Source: Candidatus Parcubacteria bacterium (GTDB lineage: Bacteria; Patescibacteriota; Patescibacteriia; Patescibacteriales; BM507). Taken from it: DNA of 64,000 bases. The notes beneath the pieces are model-generated. The model worked only from the letters and a program-made list of their open reading frames with translations, was not told the DNA's origin and did no database searches. Position 1 is the stretch's first letter. Every line of letters begins with the position of its first letter. Both the position numbers and the translations under genes were made by a program. Of this stretch, positions 1 to 10,303 are shown piece after piece. Location of the stretch: NCBI GenBank assembly GCA_002869265.1, contig PKTH01000040.1:69120-133119 (forward strand), in the 5' to 3' direction.

Positions 1-881
1 ACATTTTCTGCTCGAAAAAGTTTTGTAAATATCTTTGCTTGCTCCTCTTCCGGAATGCCACAGCCGCGATCAGAAACTTTTATCAAGACATGATCATCCT
101 TTTCTTTAATAGATATTTTAACTATTCCGTTATCTGGTGTGTATTTAATGGAGTTTGTTAAAAGATTTTCAAAAACTAATTTTATTAGAGACGGATCAAC
201 GTTTATTTTTGAAACTTTATCATACTCTTTCGAAATAATAATACTTTTGCTATCAATCTCCTTCTTAAACTTCTTTACAATTTCGTCAGACAAACTAACT
301 ATGTTGGACATTTTTGGCTCTATGGAAAAAGTCCCCAAATCAATCCTTGATACAATTAATAAATTATTAACTAATTCTATCATCCTTTCATTAGCCTTAT
401 ATGTTTCTCGCAAATACTTGAGCTGGTCTGTTTTGAGCTCTCCGGCATCTCCAGAAACTATGTAGTCTATATACCACTTTATAATAGAGAGCGGGGTTCT
501 TAGTTGATGCGAAGCCAAAGAAACAAAATCTACTTTCGCCGCTTCTATCTCTTTGTTTTTAGAGGCTTTACTAATCGCTTTCGATTTTATCGCCACCATT
601 AAGCTGTTGATTGAATCTGCGAGCTTTGTTATTTCGTCCTTGCCATGAAGCTTGATCTTTTCTTCCATCTCTCCTTTTTGCATTTTTTTTATTTTGCTTT
701 GTAGAAGTTTCAACTTATCATCATGCTTTCTGAAAATAAAAAATATAAATAAAAGAGCAATGTAAAATACAATCAAGTTGCTAATCAAAATTGCGATAAC
801 ATCGCTCAATAAATAGATGCTGGCAACAAAAAAAACAAAGGAAGAATAGATTATTACGATTATTTTATTTGATAGTTTCAT
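1..881 (-). CDS. Sensor histidine kinase, partial (3' end lies beyond window start)
   Basis: Absent from the ORF track because it runs off the window edge. Reverse translation from ATG 881..879 gives MKLSNKIIVIIYSSFVFFVASIYLLSDV (TM). It continues to the H-box FVSLASHQLRTPLSII (His codon 509..507, in frame), the N-box ENLLTNSIKYTP and the G1 box DRGCGIPEEEQAKIF near position 1. Confidence 0.85.
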   Translation of the reverse strand, partial: MKLSNKIIVIIYSSFVFFVASIYLLSDVIAILISNLIVFYIALLFIFFIFRKHDDKLKLLQSKIKKMQKGEMEEKIKLHGKDEITKLADSINSLMVAIKSKAISKASKNKEIEAAKVDFVSLASHQLRTPLSIIKWYIDYIVSGDAGELKTDQLKYLRETYKANERMIELVNNLLIVSRIDLGTFSIEPKMSNIVSLSDEIVKKFKKEIDSKSIIISKEYDKVSKINVDPSLIKLVFENLLTNSIKYTPDNGIVKISIKEKDDHVLIKVSDRGCGIPEEEQAKIFTKLFRAEN

Positions 882-1112
882 GTTTATACCTTACCTATAT
901 ATTTTACATCATTATCGTTCTTTCGTAAATTAAAAATACAGATGAAAAGACATATTGGATAAGCAGGCTATTTATTTACTAAATTCATAATCTTTTAATT
1001 AATATTTTTTAATATTAGTGTAATGATAATCCAAATTATTCAGAGTCCTGAAACACACAAAATACAATTATTCTCTTCATATATTTTGTTTTAAGGTTAG
1101 CAAAAAATGCCC

Positions 1113-1141
1113 TTGACAATATCAGATATTTCTGATAATAT
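1113..1141 (+). promoter_or_regulatory. Sigma70-type promoter TTGACA-17-TAATAT with an embedded inverted repeat (candidate operator)
   Basis: TTGACA at 1113..1118 and TAATAT at 1136..1141. ATCAGA-TATT-TCTGAT (1121..1136) fills the spacer. Lies about 40 nt upstream of the efflux operon ATG at 1180. Confidence 0.45.
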
Positions 1142-1179
1142 TTTTCTCTTGTATTAGAAATTAAAAATTCGAAATAGAT

Positions 1180-2913
1180 ATGAAAATCAATTTTAACAAA
1201 AAAACTATTTTTGCTGTTTTGGCAGTAATTATTCTAATTGTTGTTTTTACTAAAATAAGCAACAAAAACGCTTCTCCTGAAGCAGAGGAAACAACAGTCA
1301 AGACTGTTGCCACTATGATAATAGGTGAAGATTTAGCAACTCAGGGGTCAATAAAAACAGAAGGTTCTGTGAAAGCCGACTCTAATGTTTCTCTTATCTC
1401 AATGCAATCAGCAACAGTGAAGAACATAAACTTTGAAGTTGGAGATACGGTTTTTGCGGGACAAAACCTTATTAGCATGTCTGAAAACGCAATACTAACC
1501 AGTCTGCTTAATGCTCAAACCGACTATTCAAACAAACAAAACAATCTTGAGATAGTGAAAACAAGTACTGACCAGGATATTAAATCTTCTGAAATTAATT
1601 TTAGAAATGCCAAAGAAGCCTTAGAGCTTTCAAAGATTCAATTAAAGTCTGCTCAAGATAATTATGACAATGGAATAATCCAAATAGAAAAAGGAAAAGC
1701 TGATCTAAAAAACAATGCTGTTATTACCTACAATAACAATCTAAGCGCTCTCTTTGATATCCTTGATCAAATTGATTACATCATCAAAGAAGATGGAGAA
1801 GAACAAATCGCAGGGATCGAAAATGTTCTTGCTGTCAAAAATCGTCAAAGTCTCACAGAGACAAAAAGCTCTTACCGTACAACACGAACATGTTATGACA
1901 CACTAGCTGCAAAACAAATTAGCGCTGAAAATATACAATCTGAAATAAATGAATCGATTTCCTGTCTCCAAAAAGCTAAAATTGCAATTGATAATTTAAT
2001 TATTGCTCTTGAGAATACAATTAGCTCTCAAGATTTTAGTGAGGCAACTCTGAACTCACAAATTTCTAAGTTTAATCAACTGAGATTGTCTGTCTTAGGA
2101 ACAGAGGCGAACACCAAATCAACAGAGCAAGCTCTAGAAAATATTGAAATAAACGCTAAAGCCGACAAAGACAGATTAGATAACGCTTTGGCTCTAGCAA
2201 AAAATCAATTAGCTCAAACTGAAATCGCCTACGAATCCGCTGAGCTGTCTCTTGAGAAAACAAAAAGCTTGAAAGAACAACAAATAGTCTCAGCCCAAAT
2301 CGCAAAAGACAGTTCTCTGGGGCAACTAAATCTTGCCAGAGAAAGAGCTGGTGACCTCTATATCCAAAGTCCGATTAATGGTGTGGTTACGAAAAAATCA
2401 GTTCAACTAGGTGAAGAGGTTTCTCCAGGAAAGGTACTAGGAGAGGTTTCTCAATTGGGTCTAGTTAAAATAATAGTCAATCTATCTTCAGATGAAATTT
2501 ACAGAATCGCCCTTGGAGATCTTGTTAAAATTGAAAAAGAACATGAAGGCACTGTCGTAAATATTGCCCCCGCCGCTGACCCACTAACAAAAAAGGTACG
2601 AATAGAAATTGCCTACGACAATACAAACTCAGACTTAATCGCAGAAACATTTGTTGATGTTGAGTTCCCTAAAAAGAAATTGGAAACTCAAGAAGAAGGA
2701 ACTTTCTATATTCCTCTCAGCTCAGTCACTATTACTCAAAATGGAAACTATGTTTTTTTAAACGAGGATGGCAAAGCTAAAAAACAAGAAGTTAGTATCG
2801 GCAGAATCGATGATGCCTTGGTTGAAATAAGCTCTGGTCTTTCAAACGGAATGGAATTAATAATTGAAGGGAATAAATTAGTAGAAAATGGTGATTTAAT
2901 AAAAACCGAATAG
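1180..2913 (+). CDS. Efflux periplasmic adaptor (membrane-fusion protein, HlyD/RND-MFP family) with an unusually long coiled coil
   Basis: N-terminal TM anchor, about 300 aa of heptad-like Q/E/K/L/N-rich sequence, and a C-terminal beta-barrel-type region (IQSPINGVVTKKSVQLGEEVSPGKVLGEV). Sits 4 nt upstream of the RND pump. Confidence 0.75.
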   Translation: MKINFNKKTIFAVLAVIILIVVFTKISNKNASPEAEETTVKTVATMIIGEDLATQGSIKTEGSVKADSNVSLISMQSATVKNINFEVGDTVFAGQNLISMSENAILTSLLNAQTDYSNKQNNLEIVKTSTDQDIKSSEINFRNAKEALELSKIQLKSAQDNYDNGIIQIEKGKADLKNNAVITYNNNLSALFDILDQIDYIIKEDGEEQIAGIENVLAVKNRQSLTETKSSYRTTRTCYDTLAAKQISAENIQSEINESISCLQKAKIAIDNLIIALENTISSQDFSEATLNSQISKFNQLRLSVLGTEANTKSTEQALENIEINAKADKDRLDNALALAKNQLAQTEIAYESAELSLEKTKSLKEQQIVSAQIAKDSSLGQLNLARERAGDLYIQSPINGVVTKKSVQLGEEVSPGKVLGEVSQLGLVKIIVNLSSDEIYRIALGDLVKIEKEHEGTVVNIAPAADPLTKKVRIEIAYDNTNSDLIAETFVDVEFPKKKLETQEEGTFYIPLSSVTITQNGNYVFLNEDGKAKKQEVSIGRIDDALVEISSGLSNGMELIIEGNKLVENGDLIKTE

Positions 2914-2917
2914 CCTT

Positions 2918-5900
2918 ATGACATATCAAGAACAACTTGAAAAAAAATTAGCCGAAGGACTTAAATCAGAAAAGTCATCTCCTTTTGGTTTCTTTATTAC
3001 TCACTTTCGTTTTACTTATCTTATCCTAATAATAATAACTATTTTTGGATTTTACTCAATTTCCTCTCTTCCCAAGGAAGCGAACCCCGAGGTAAATGTC
3101 CCCTACGCAGTTGTAAATACAATATATCCCGGGGCTAATCCAACAGATGTAGAAGAATTAATAACCGACAAGTTAGAATCGCGAATAAAAAACCTAGATA
3201 ACTTAAAAAGATACACCTCTGGGACTGGAATTGGTATTTCAACTATCTTTGTTGAATTTGAGGCAGGGGTAGATATCGATAAATCTATTGAAGATTTAAA
3301 AGATGCCGTTGACCTTGCCAAGCCAGAACTCCCCGGTGAAGCAGAAGACCCAATGGTCTCTGAAATTTCCTTCTCAGATTTTCCTATTGTCACCTATTCT
3401 TTAGTCGGTGATTTTTCACTGGTTGAACTAAAAAAGTCGGCTGATTTTTTACAAGAGGAATTTGAAAGCATCAGAGATGTTTCAAAGGTAGTTATTTTAG
3501 GTGATCTTGAAAAAGAGTTTCGGGTTGAAGTCAGCCAAGACAAACTGGCAAATTTTGGAATTTCCATGGGACAAATTGCTAATGCGATCTCTCTAAATAA
3601 CTTCAACCTCCCTAGCGGCAACATAGAAGTAGAAGGCTTTAAATATAATGTTAGAGTTAAAGGAAAATTTGAAAATATTGAAGATCTTAAGAATATCGTT
3701 ATCAGGACAAGTTCAGAAACCCCTATCTACTTAAAAGATATTGCCAACGTAATAGACACCTACAAAGAAAAAACAACAGAGTCTCGAATAGGCTTCAAAG
3801 ATGAGCTTCCTAGAAACACAATCTCCCTACAAGTTTACAAAAAAACTGGAGGAAATATCTTAAACATAGTTCAAGGAACTCAAGACAAAATAAACGAATT
3901 AACAAATGCTGGTAAATTTTCTGATGACCTTAAAATCCAAAAAACCAACGACAACGCTGTGTTTATTAAAGAAGACTTAAGAACCCTAGGAGGAAGTGCT
4001 GTACAAACAATGATTCTTATTACTATTATCCTGATGTTTGTCCTAAGTACTCGAGGAGCCATTATCACTGCCCTTTCAATTCCTTTTGCCTTCTTAATAA
4101 CTTTCACAGTTATTTACCTCCAAGGCGGAACCCTAAATAGTTTAGCTTTGTTTTCATTGGTTATTGCTCTTGGTTTGATGGTGGACAACTCTATTATTAT
4201 AATTGAAGGGATTAGTGAATATACAAGCAAACACGGAAAAGGAGTTTGTGAATCAGCCCTGCTCTCAGTCTGGAACTATAAGTGGCCAATAATTGCTGGA
4301 ACCATGACTACCGTTTCTGCATTTTTGCCGATGCTTCTAGTCTCCGGAATAATGGGTGAATTTATCTCCACCCTACCAAAAACTATTTCCGCTGCTCTAA
4401 TTTCATCTCTTTTTGTAGCTCTGGTCATCATCCCTACCCTAATTACCAGATTCATGCATGACAAAACAAACGGAGATTCAGGGGGATCGCAAAGAGACAA
4501 AAAAAGACATCAACGCGTAGCAAAGGTAATGGGATATTTTCAGAATCTATATGAAAAACAACTAACAGAAATCCTCCCTAACAAAAAGAAAAGGAGAAGA
4601 GTAATTAAAACAGCTTGGCTAGCTTTTATTATCGCTGTTTTAATTCCATTTTTTGGCATTCTAGAAGTAGAGATGTTCTCCCCGATTGATAACGACTATG
4701 CGGTCGTAAATATTTCCCTGCCCGTAGGGTCTTCTCTTGAAAAGACCAAGGAAATAACCGCTCAAGTCGAAGCTGTGGTTGATAAGATCCCTGAACTAGA
4801 CAACTATGTCACCAACCTTGGGACCTCAGCCTCTGTTGGAATGACTGACAGCACTTCCATGGGTGGATCTTCGGATAACTCTCACCTATCTTCTATTACT
4901 GTTAATTTCACAGACAAAGATAAGCGAAAAAGAAAAAGCTATGAAATTTCTGAAGTCCTCAGAAATGAACTTAAAAATTTTAGTCAGGCTGAAGTAAAAG
5001 TAGAAGAGATAGGAGCCGGACCTCCAACAGGTGCCCCGATAGAACTTAGAGTGACTGGTACAGACATGAAAGAACTATCACTGGTTGGTGAAGAGGTAAA
5101 AAATATTATCAGAAACATAAACGGAACAATAAACGTAACAGACAACATTCAAGATTCAACAGGAGATTTTGTCTTTACTGTCAATAAGCAAAAAGCAAAC
5201 TTCTACGGACTAAGCACAGTAGAAGTGGCTTCAACTATTAGAAGCGCCATATACGGACAAAAAGCTTCTGAGATCAATATTGATGGTGATGATGTTGATA
5301 TCACCATTACTTATGATGAGGCTAAATTTAAAACTATTGATGATATCGAAAATATTCTTTTGTTTTCGCCAAGTGGACAGAACGTAAAGCTAAAAGAAGT
5401 AGTAGACACTCAGATTGAAGCATCTGTCCTAGCCATCGCCCACAGAGACGGTGATAAGGTTATCACGATTAGATCAGATATAGAACCAAACGCTAACCTC
5501 CAAAATATACTTAAAGAATTTGATCTAAAAATAGCGGAACTTACCCTGCCAGAAGGCTATGCGGTTGATGTTGGCGGAGAGGTTGAAGATATTGAACAAT
5601 CATTTAGGGAGATATTTCTCTCTATGATATTGTCTATTATTCTTATAACTATCATTTTGGTATTGCAGTTCAACTCATTTAGACAACCGTTTATTATTTT
5701 GTTCACCCTCCCTTTGGCGGTGATAGGTGTTATTGCGGGGCTAGTAATACTAGGACTTCCATTCTCATTCACAGCTTTCCTGGGAATTGTTGCTCTGTCT
5801 GGAATAGTTGTAAATGATGCTATTGTTCTTATTGATAAAATAAATAAGAACGTTGATCTTGGAATGGAAATGGTCCCGGCAATTATTGAAGGAGGCAAGG

Positions 5901-6082
5901 CTAGGATGCAGCCAATTCTCCTGACCACTCTGACAACAGTTGCTGGGGTGTTCCCTCTTATATTTGCTTCAGAGCTCTGGATCGGGCTTAGTATATCTGT
6001 TATATTTGGTCTAAGTTTTGCTTCGGTGCTCTCTCTCATAATGATCCCTATTCTCTATCAAGGCTTTACCGATAAAAAATAA
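2918..6082 (+). CDS. RND efflux permease (AcrB/HAE family)
   Basis: 1054 aa with the 1+5 / 1+5 TM arrangement and two large periplasmic loops. AcrB-like strings include SLALFSLVIALGLMVDNSIIIIEG and FLGIVALSGIVVNDAIVLID. Confidence 0.9.
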   Translation: MTYQEQLEKKLAEGLKSEKSSPFGFFITHFRFTYLILIIITIFGFYSISSLPKEANPEVNVPYAVVNTIYPGANPTDVEELITDKLESRIKNLDNLKRYTSGTGIGISTIFVEFEAGVDIDKSIEDLKDAVDLAKPELPGEAEDPMVSEISFSDFPIVTYSLVGDFSLVELKKSADFLQEEFESIRDVSKVVILGDLEKEFRVEVSQDKLANFGISMGQIANAISLNNFNLPSGNIEVEGFKYNVRVKGKFENIEDLKNIVIRTSSETPIYLKDIANVIDTYKEKTTESRIGFKDELPRNTISLQVYKKTGGNILNIVQGTQDKINELTNAGKFSDDLKIQKTNDNAVFIKEDLRTLGGSAVQTMILITIILMFVLSTRGAIITALSIPFAFLITFTVIYLQGGTLNSLALFSLVIALGLMVDNSIIIIEGISEYTSKHGKGVCESALLSVWNYKWPIIAGTMTTVSAFLPMLLVSGIMGEFISTLPKTISAALISSLFVALVIIPTLITRFMHDKTNGDSGGSQRDKKRHQRVAKVMGYFQNLYEKQLTEILPNKKKRRRVIKTAWLAFIIAVLIPFFGILEVEMFSPIDNDYAVVNISLPVGSSLEKTKEITAQVEAVVDKIPELDNYVTNLGTSASVGMTDSTSMGGSSDNSHLSSITVNFTDKDKRKRKSYEISEVLRNELKNFSQAEVKVEEIGAGPPTGAPIELRVTGTDMKELSLVGEEVKNIIRNINGTINVTDNIQDSTGDFVFTVNKQKANFYGLSTVEVASTIRSAIYGQKASEINIDGDDVDITITYDEAKFKTIDDIENILLFSPSGQNVKLKEVVDTQIEASVLAIAHRDGDKVITIRSDIEPNANLQNILKEFDLKIAELTLPEGYAVDVGGEVEDIEQSFREIFLSMILSIILITIILVLQFNSFRQPFIILFTLPLAVIGVIAGLVILGLPFSFTAFLGIVALSGIVVNDAIVLIDKINKNVDLGMEMVPAIIEGGKARMQPILLTTLTTVAGVFPLIFASELWIGLSISVIFGLSFASVLSLIMIPILYQGFTDKK

Positions 6083-6086
6083 TTTT

Positions 6087-6115
6087 AAAAAAACCGCCAA
6101 GTGGCGGTTTTTTTA
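6087..6115 (+). terminator. Rho-independent terminator
   Basis: ACCGCC-AAGT-GGCGGT hairpin (6093..6108) flanked by an A-run and a T-run, directly after the RND stop codon. Confidence 0.75.
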
Positions 6116-6156
6116 AAATTATGTGACATGTTATAATTAATCTATAATAAAATTCT

Positions 6157-7254
6157 ATGCTTCAAATATTTATTTTTGTTTCCATATTTTCTTTAATTGT
6201 TTTTGCCAGTCACTTACCACTGTATTTCTTTTTGATAAAATTTTTTGGTTTTTCAAACAAAAATCTCTTGCTTCTAATAATGGCTCTACTCTCTCTATCT
6301 CATATTTCGGCCAATCTGATAATTCATAAATTCGACAATATAATTACTCGTATTTTTTATTTACTTAGTGCTGTTTGGCTGGGCATTCTTGTTTGTTTCT
6401 TAATACTAATCTTTTTTTCCTCTATCCTGCTTATCGCTGCAAATCTTCTTGGGTTTTCTATTAATTTAAAAATTGCTGGATTGTTTATTATTTTACTTTC
6501 GCTAGCCTGGAGTTCTTTTAACTACATAAATTCTCGACAACTCAATATTAAGGAATTAGAAATATCAATTAAAAACCTTCCCGCTCGATGGGAGAATAAA
6601 AAAATTGTTCAGATTTCTGATGTCCACCTAGGTGTAATCCACGGTATGGATTATATGGAGAAAATAGTTGATAAAACAAACTCCCTGTCTCCAGAGGCTG
6701 TCTTTATTACAGGTGACTTATTTGACGGAGCTGGCGATAATTTAGCAAGATCAGTTTCCCCGCTTAACAATCTTTCTTCAAGGCTTGGCACATATTTTAT
6801 AACCGGAAATCATGAAACTTATCTAGGAAAAGAAAATACTAAAAAGGCTCTTTCTGGCATAAATATTACAGAGCTAAAAGATAGAGTCGTTGACTTGAAT
6901 GGAATTAGTCTTATCGGCATCAACTATATTCTTAGAGGAGAACAAAAAAATATTAAAGACATTCTAGATAAAGCAGATATGGAAAAGCCAAAAATACTAT
7001 TATTACACGAACCAATTAAAGTAGATTATTTTAGAGAAAGCGGAATTAATCTAATGCTTTCTGGTCACACCCATAGAGGTCAAATGTGGCCATTTAACTA
7101 TATTACAAAACAAATATATAAAGGCTATGACTATGGCTTGCACACCATGGATGATTTCAATATCTACACTACCAATGGTGCAGGAACTTGGGGCCCTCCC
7201 TTTAGAAGCATGCAGGCTTCTGAGATAGTCTCAATAACTCTTAAAAGAAAATAG
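6157..7254 (+). CDS. Membrane-anchored metallophosphoesterase (calcineurin-like)
   Basis: About 4 N-terminal TM helices followed by the phosphoesterase motifs ISDVHLG, GDLFDG, GNHE and GHTHRGQ. Confidence 0.8.
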   Translation: MLQIFIFVSIFSLIVFASHLPLYFFLIKFFGFSNKNLLLLIMALLSLSHISANLIIHKFDNIITRIFYLLSAVWLGILVCFLILIFFSSILLIAANLLGFSINLKIAGLFIILLSLAWSSFNYINSRQLNIKELEISIKNLPARWENKKIVQISDVHLGVIHGMDYMEKIVDKTNSLSPEAVFITGDLFDGAGDNLARSVSPLNNLSSRLGTYFITGNHETYLGKENTKKALSGINITELKDRVVDLNGISLIGINYILRGEQKNIKDILDKADMEKPKILLLHEPIKVDYFRESGINLMLSGHTHRGQMWPFNYITKQIYKGYDYGLHTMDDFNIYTTNGAGTWGPPFRSMQASEIVSITLKRK

Positions 7255-7276
7255 GCCAAATCAATTTACCCTAGTC

Positions 7277-8452
7277 TTAAAACATTCCTAAAAATGATCC
7301 AACCTTTTTCATATCCTCGATAACATCCCTACTGCTGTCATCGGGGTTTTTTAATTTTTTGTTTACTTTTTCAATTATTTTATGGAAGCTTTTATCTTCT
7401 TTCAATTTATCAAATTCATCACTTATCCAAATACGAGCAATATTTTCATCAACAGCGCCACTTTCTACATCGTTTACCAAAGAAGCTAATATCTTCAACT
7501 TTGTAAAAGATTTATGATAATAACGGTCACTCTCGAGTGCATCTTGAACGTCTGCTAAATATATAAGGTCGGCAATATCACTCATACGCTGACCAATTAT
7601 TATTGAAGAGTAGGCCTTTGACTTTTTCCCACCTAAAGCACTATAAGTATCTCCATGATTCCCTGCGATTGCAGCCTCTTTTTCATACCCCAGTTTATAC
7701 AGGATATTAAATGATTCCTGCTCATGGGTTTTCATAATTTCCGTTAAAGAGACATCTTCTTCTATACCATATTCTTTTCTTAGTCTTCTGAATTCTTTTT
7801 TACTTATCCCGTGTCTGACAGGAGTAATTTGTACTGGTCTTATTTTCTTCGTTTTTAAAATACTTAAAATTTCATTTGGATTCTCAGCAAATGCTAATTT
7901 ATCGGCAAAGTGAAATATATTATATTTTTTTAAATATTTTTTTGTAGTAAAATCTATCTTGTTCTTTTGTCTTTTAACTGACTTATAAAATTTGAGAGCC
8001 CAGTCTTTATCTGTTAAAGAATTTCTTAAAATAAATTTCGGTATAGTTATTTTACCAATATCATGAAACAAGCAGGCTCTATAAAAAACATCCAGACTCC
8101 CAGCCTCTTCTTGGACCCCTTTTTTGATTTCGGAACCTCCCTCAAGAGCATTCTCCAACTTATCCCAAACAATCATAAATGAACCGACAGAGTGCTCATA
8201 GGTCTGCCTGTCAAATAATCTAAGCAGAGTTAATAATGCCCAGTCCTTCTCATTTAATTTAAAAGACTTATCAAATATATATCTACACTCCTCTTTTGTT
8301 TTTTCTTTTTCCTCTTGAAATTTACTACTGTGCGGAAACTTTTTAAGTAAAATGTTAATTTCTCTATATTTTTTCAAGCCAACAATATCAGATTCTTTAA
8401 AATCATTGGCAGATTCGCTGTTTTGATTCTTTTTTAATAATTGAGTAATCAT
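7277..8452 (-). CDS. HD-domain phosphohydrolase-like protein
   Basis: Contains LFHDIGKITIP (HD motif) and a later D-rich helix (LADVQDALESDRYY). No further family assignment is possible by eye. Confidence 0.55.
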   Translation of the reverse strand: MITQLLKKNQNSESANDFKESDIVGLKKYREINILLKKFPHSSKFQEEKEKTKEECRYIFDKSFKLNEKDWALLTLLRLFDRQTYEHSVGSFMIVWDKLENALEGGSEIKKGVQEEAGSLDVFYRACLFHDIGKITIPKFILRNSLTDKDWALKFYKSVKRQKNKIDFTTKKYLKKYNIFHFADKLAFAENPNEILSILKTKKIRPVQITPVRHGISKKEFRRLRKEYGIEEDVSLTEIMKTHEQESFNILYKLGYEKEAAIAGNHGDTYSALGGKKSKAYSSIIIGQRMSDIADLIYLADVQDALESDRYYHKSFTKLKILASLVNDVESGAVDENIARIWISDEFDKLKEDKSFHKIIEKVNKKLKNPDDSSRDVIEDMKKVGSFLGMF

Positions 8453-8535
8453 AATTATATTATATACTTTTTGTTAAAAATCCAAAAGAGAAAAACAAAA
8501 AAGAGCCTCTAGACTCTTTTTTGTTTTCGCTTTAT

Positions 8536-9099
8536 TTATCTTATGTTAACAAATTCAGCTATGTTTCTATCTTCAATTGATTGATCAATCCAAACGCTAA
8601 TAATAGACCCAACCTTCAAATCTTCTAAACTTGCTTCTTCTGACAACATTTCCTCGGTATCACCTGAATACTTTAACATCGGTATACCAACGGGAACTAA
8701 CAAATCTTTTTGTTCTGTGCTTCTTTCCAAAAGATTCTGAACTCTTTCTTCATCACTAATAGACTCGTCTCTATTTCTACCACCACCCATCCCAGGAACT
8801 CCTCCACCTGGCATTGCAGTGCCCAGGGTTAGAGCTGCTGCTTCTTTCTCTTCGCTGTCGTCCTCAACTTGGTCATCTTTTTCCTGTCTTTCTATTATGG
8901 AAACTGTTATTTGATTACCAATCATTGATTTCACAACCCCATTAATATCAACCTCTCTATCTGGCTGAGTAAATTGTCCATCATTAATAGAGGATGTTGA
9001 TGTTGTAATGGTATTGTTATTAGAAACATTTGACTGAGAACAAGCCGATAATAAAAAACCAGCTACTACTAATAAAGTAATTAATCTTTTTTTATTCAT
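8536..9099 (-). CDS. Lipoprotein with Gly/Met-rich segment (paralog of 12887..13501)
   Basis: Signal peptide plus lipobox LLSAC, and a PGGGVPGMGGGRNR stretch. The C-terminal half shares LVPVGI.ML, EASLED.K, VW and EDR.IA.FV.I.R with the other lipoprotein. Confidence 0.6.
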   Translation of the reverse strand: MNKKRLITLLVVAGFLLSACSQSNVSNNNTITTSTSSINDGQFTQPDREVDINGVVKSMIGNQITVSIIERQEKDDQVEDDSEEKEAAALTLGTAMPGGGVPGMGGGRNRDESISDEERVQNLLERSTEQKDLLVPVGIPMLKYSGDTEEMLSEEASLEDLKVGSIISVWIDQSIEDRNIAEFVNIR

Positions 9100-9104
9100 A
9101 AAAT

Positions 9105-10301
9105 TTATTCACTCCTTAGAGCATCAACAGGGTCTAGGCGACTTGCTTTTAGGGCTGGATAAAAACCAAAAGTAATACCAACTAGAGCAGAAAAGGAAAA
9201 CCCTAATAGTGGACCTGTAAATGAAGAAGCCATTGCTAAAATATTTAAATTTGAAATTATCGGAATAGCCGATTGTCCCAAAATCACACCTATTAAACCA
9301 CCAATTGTAGAAAGAATAACAGATTCCATAAGAAACTGAGATAGAATGTCAGCTTGTTTTCCTCCGATAGCTTTAGCTATTCCTATTTCTTTTGTTCTCT
9401 CAGCCACAGTTACAAACATTACATTCATAATACCAATCCCTGAAACAACCAAGGTAATAGCAGCCACCAGGGTTAATATGGTGGACATTAACTCCGCAGA
9501 GTCTTGAGCGGCTCCAACCATCGATCCTGCATCAAAAATCCTAAAATCATCTTCGGCCGAGGCCTTTAAACCATGTTCCTCTCTTAGAATTTCTGTTACC
9601 TCTTCGGTCGCCAATTCAACATTGTCAACGTTGTTCACCTCTAAGGCTAACATTGTTTGAGCCCGATCTCCCAATATGCTTGAATTGGCAATCAAATATG
9701 GGATATAAATAGCCTCATCCTTGCTTAGTCTTCCTAGGGTTCCTCCGCTTTCTTTTAAGACACCAATTATTTCAATTTTTTTGCCGGCAATAGTAAGAAT
9801 AACACCAATAGCCTCTTCTCCCTCTTCAAAAAATGCGGAATACACATCACTACCAATAACCGCTACCTTGTCTTTAGTTTCATCTTCATCAAAAAACCTC
9901 CCCTTCTCTAAATCAAGATTGGAAACAGAAAAATAATCTGGATCCGTCCCAACCAAACTAACTGAACTTTCTATAGAATTATAACTAACAGTCCCATTCC
10001 CTTGAACCATTCCAGTGGCAGACTCTATATATGTGGAATTTTCCTTTATCGCAGGAACATCATCTAAACTCAATTTTGAACTAGCCGTTGCCCCCGGTCT
10101 CCCCCCTGCTCCCATAACCATAATAGACTTTGCTGAAAGACCAGAAAATTGCTCATCAACAGCATTGCGAGCAGCTTGTCCTATGGCAAAAACAGCAATA
10201 ACTGTAGCGACGCCGATAATAATACCAAGCATTGAAAGAAAACTTCTTGTTTTATTTGAGAATAATGACTCAAAAGCCATCTTAAATATTTCAAATCTCA
10301 T
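9105..10301 (-). CDS. ABC transporter permease, MacB/FtsX family
   Basis: One N-terminal TM, a roughly 220-aa periplasmic domain, then a C-terminal 3-TM FtsX-type bundle ending in the typical ASRLDPVDALRSE tail. Confidence 0.85.
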   Translation of the reverse strand: MRFEIFKMAFESLFSNKTRSFLSMLGIIIGVATVIAVFAIGQAARNAVDEQFSGLSAKSIMVMGAGGRPGATASSKLSLDDVPAIKENSTYIESATGMVQGNGTVSYNSIESSVSLVGTDPDYFSVSNLDLEKGRFFDEDETKDKVAVIGSDVYSAFFEEGEEAIGVILTIAGKKIEIIGVLKESGGTLGRLSKDEAIYIPYLIANSSILGDRAQTMLALEVNNVDNVELATEEVTEILREEHGLKASAEDDFRIFDAGSMVGAAQDSAELMSTILTLVAAITLVVSGIGIMNVMFVTVAERTKEIGIAKAIGGKQADILSQFLMESVILSTIGGLIGVILGQSAIPIISNLNILAMASSFTGPLLGFSFSALVGITFGFYPALKASRLDPVDALRSE

Positions 10302-10303
10302 AT

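Noticed and set aside
139-465. 108-aa plus-strand ORF from the track
   Set aside because: It lies entirely antisense to the histidine-kinase reading frame (H-box, N-box and G1 box read on the minus strand). It has no SD and is a shadow ORF.
3103-6039. Five minus-strand ORFs (74-160 aa) inside the RND pump gene
   Set aside because: They are antisense to a gene with unambiguous AcrB-family sequence. Their low-complexity S/I/T-rich translations are typical of shadow frames.
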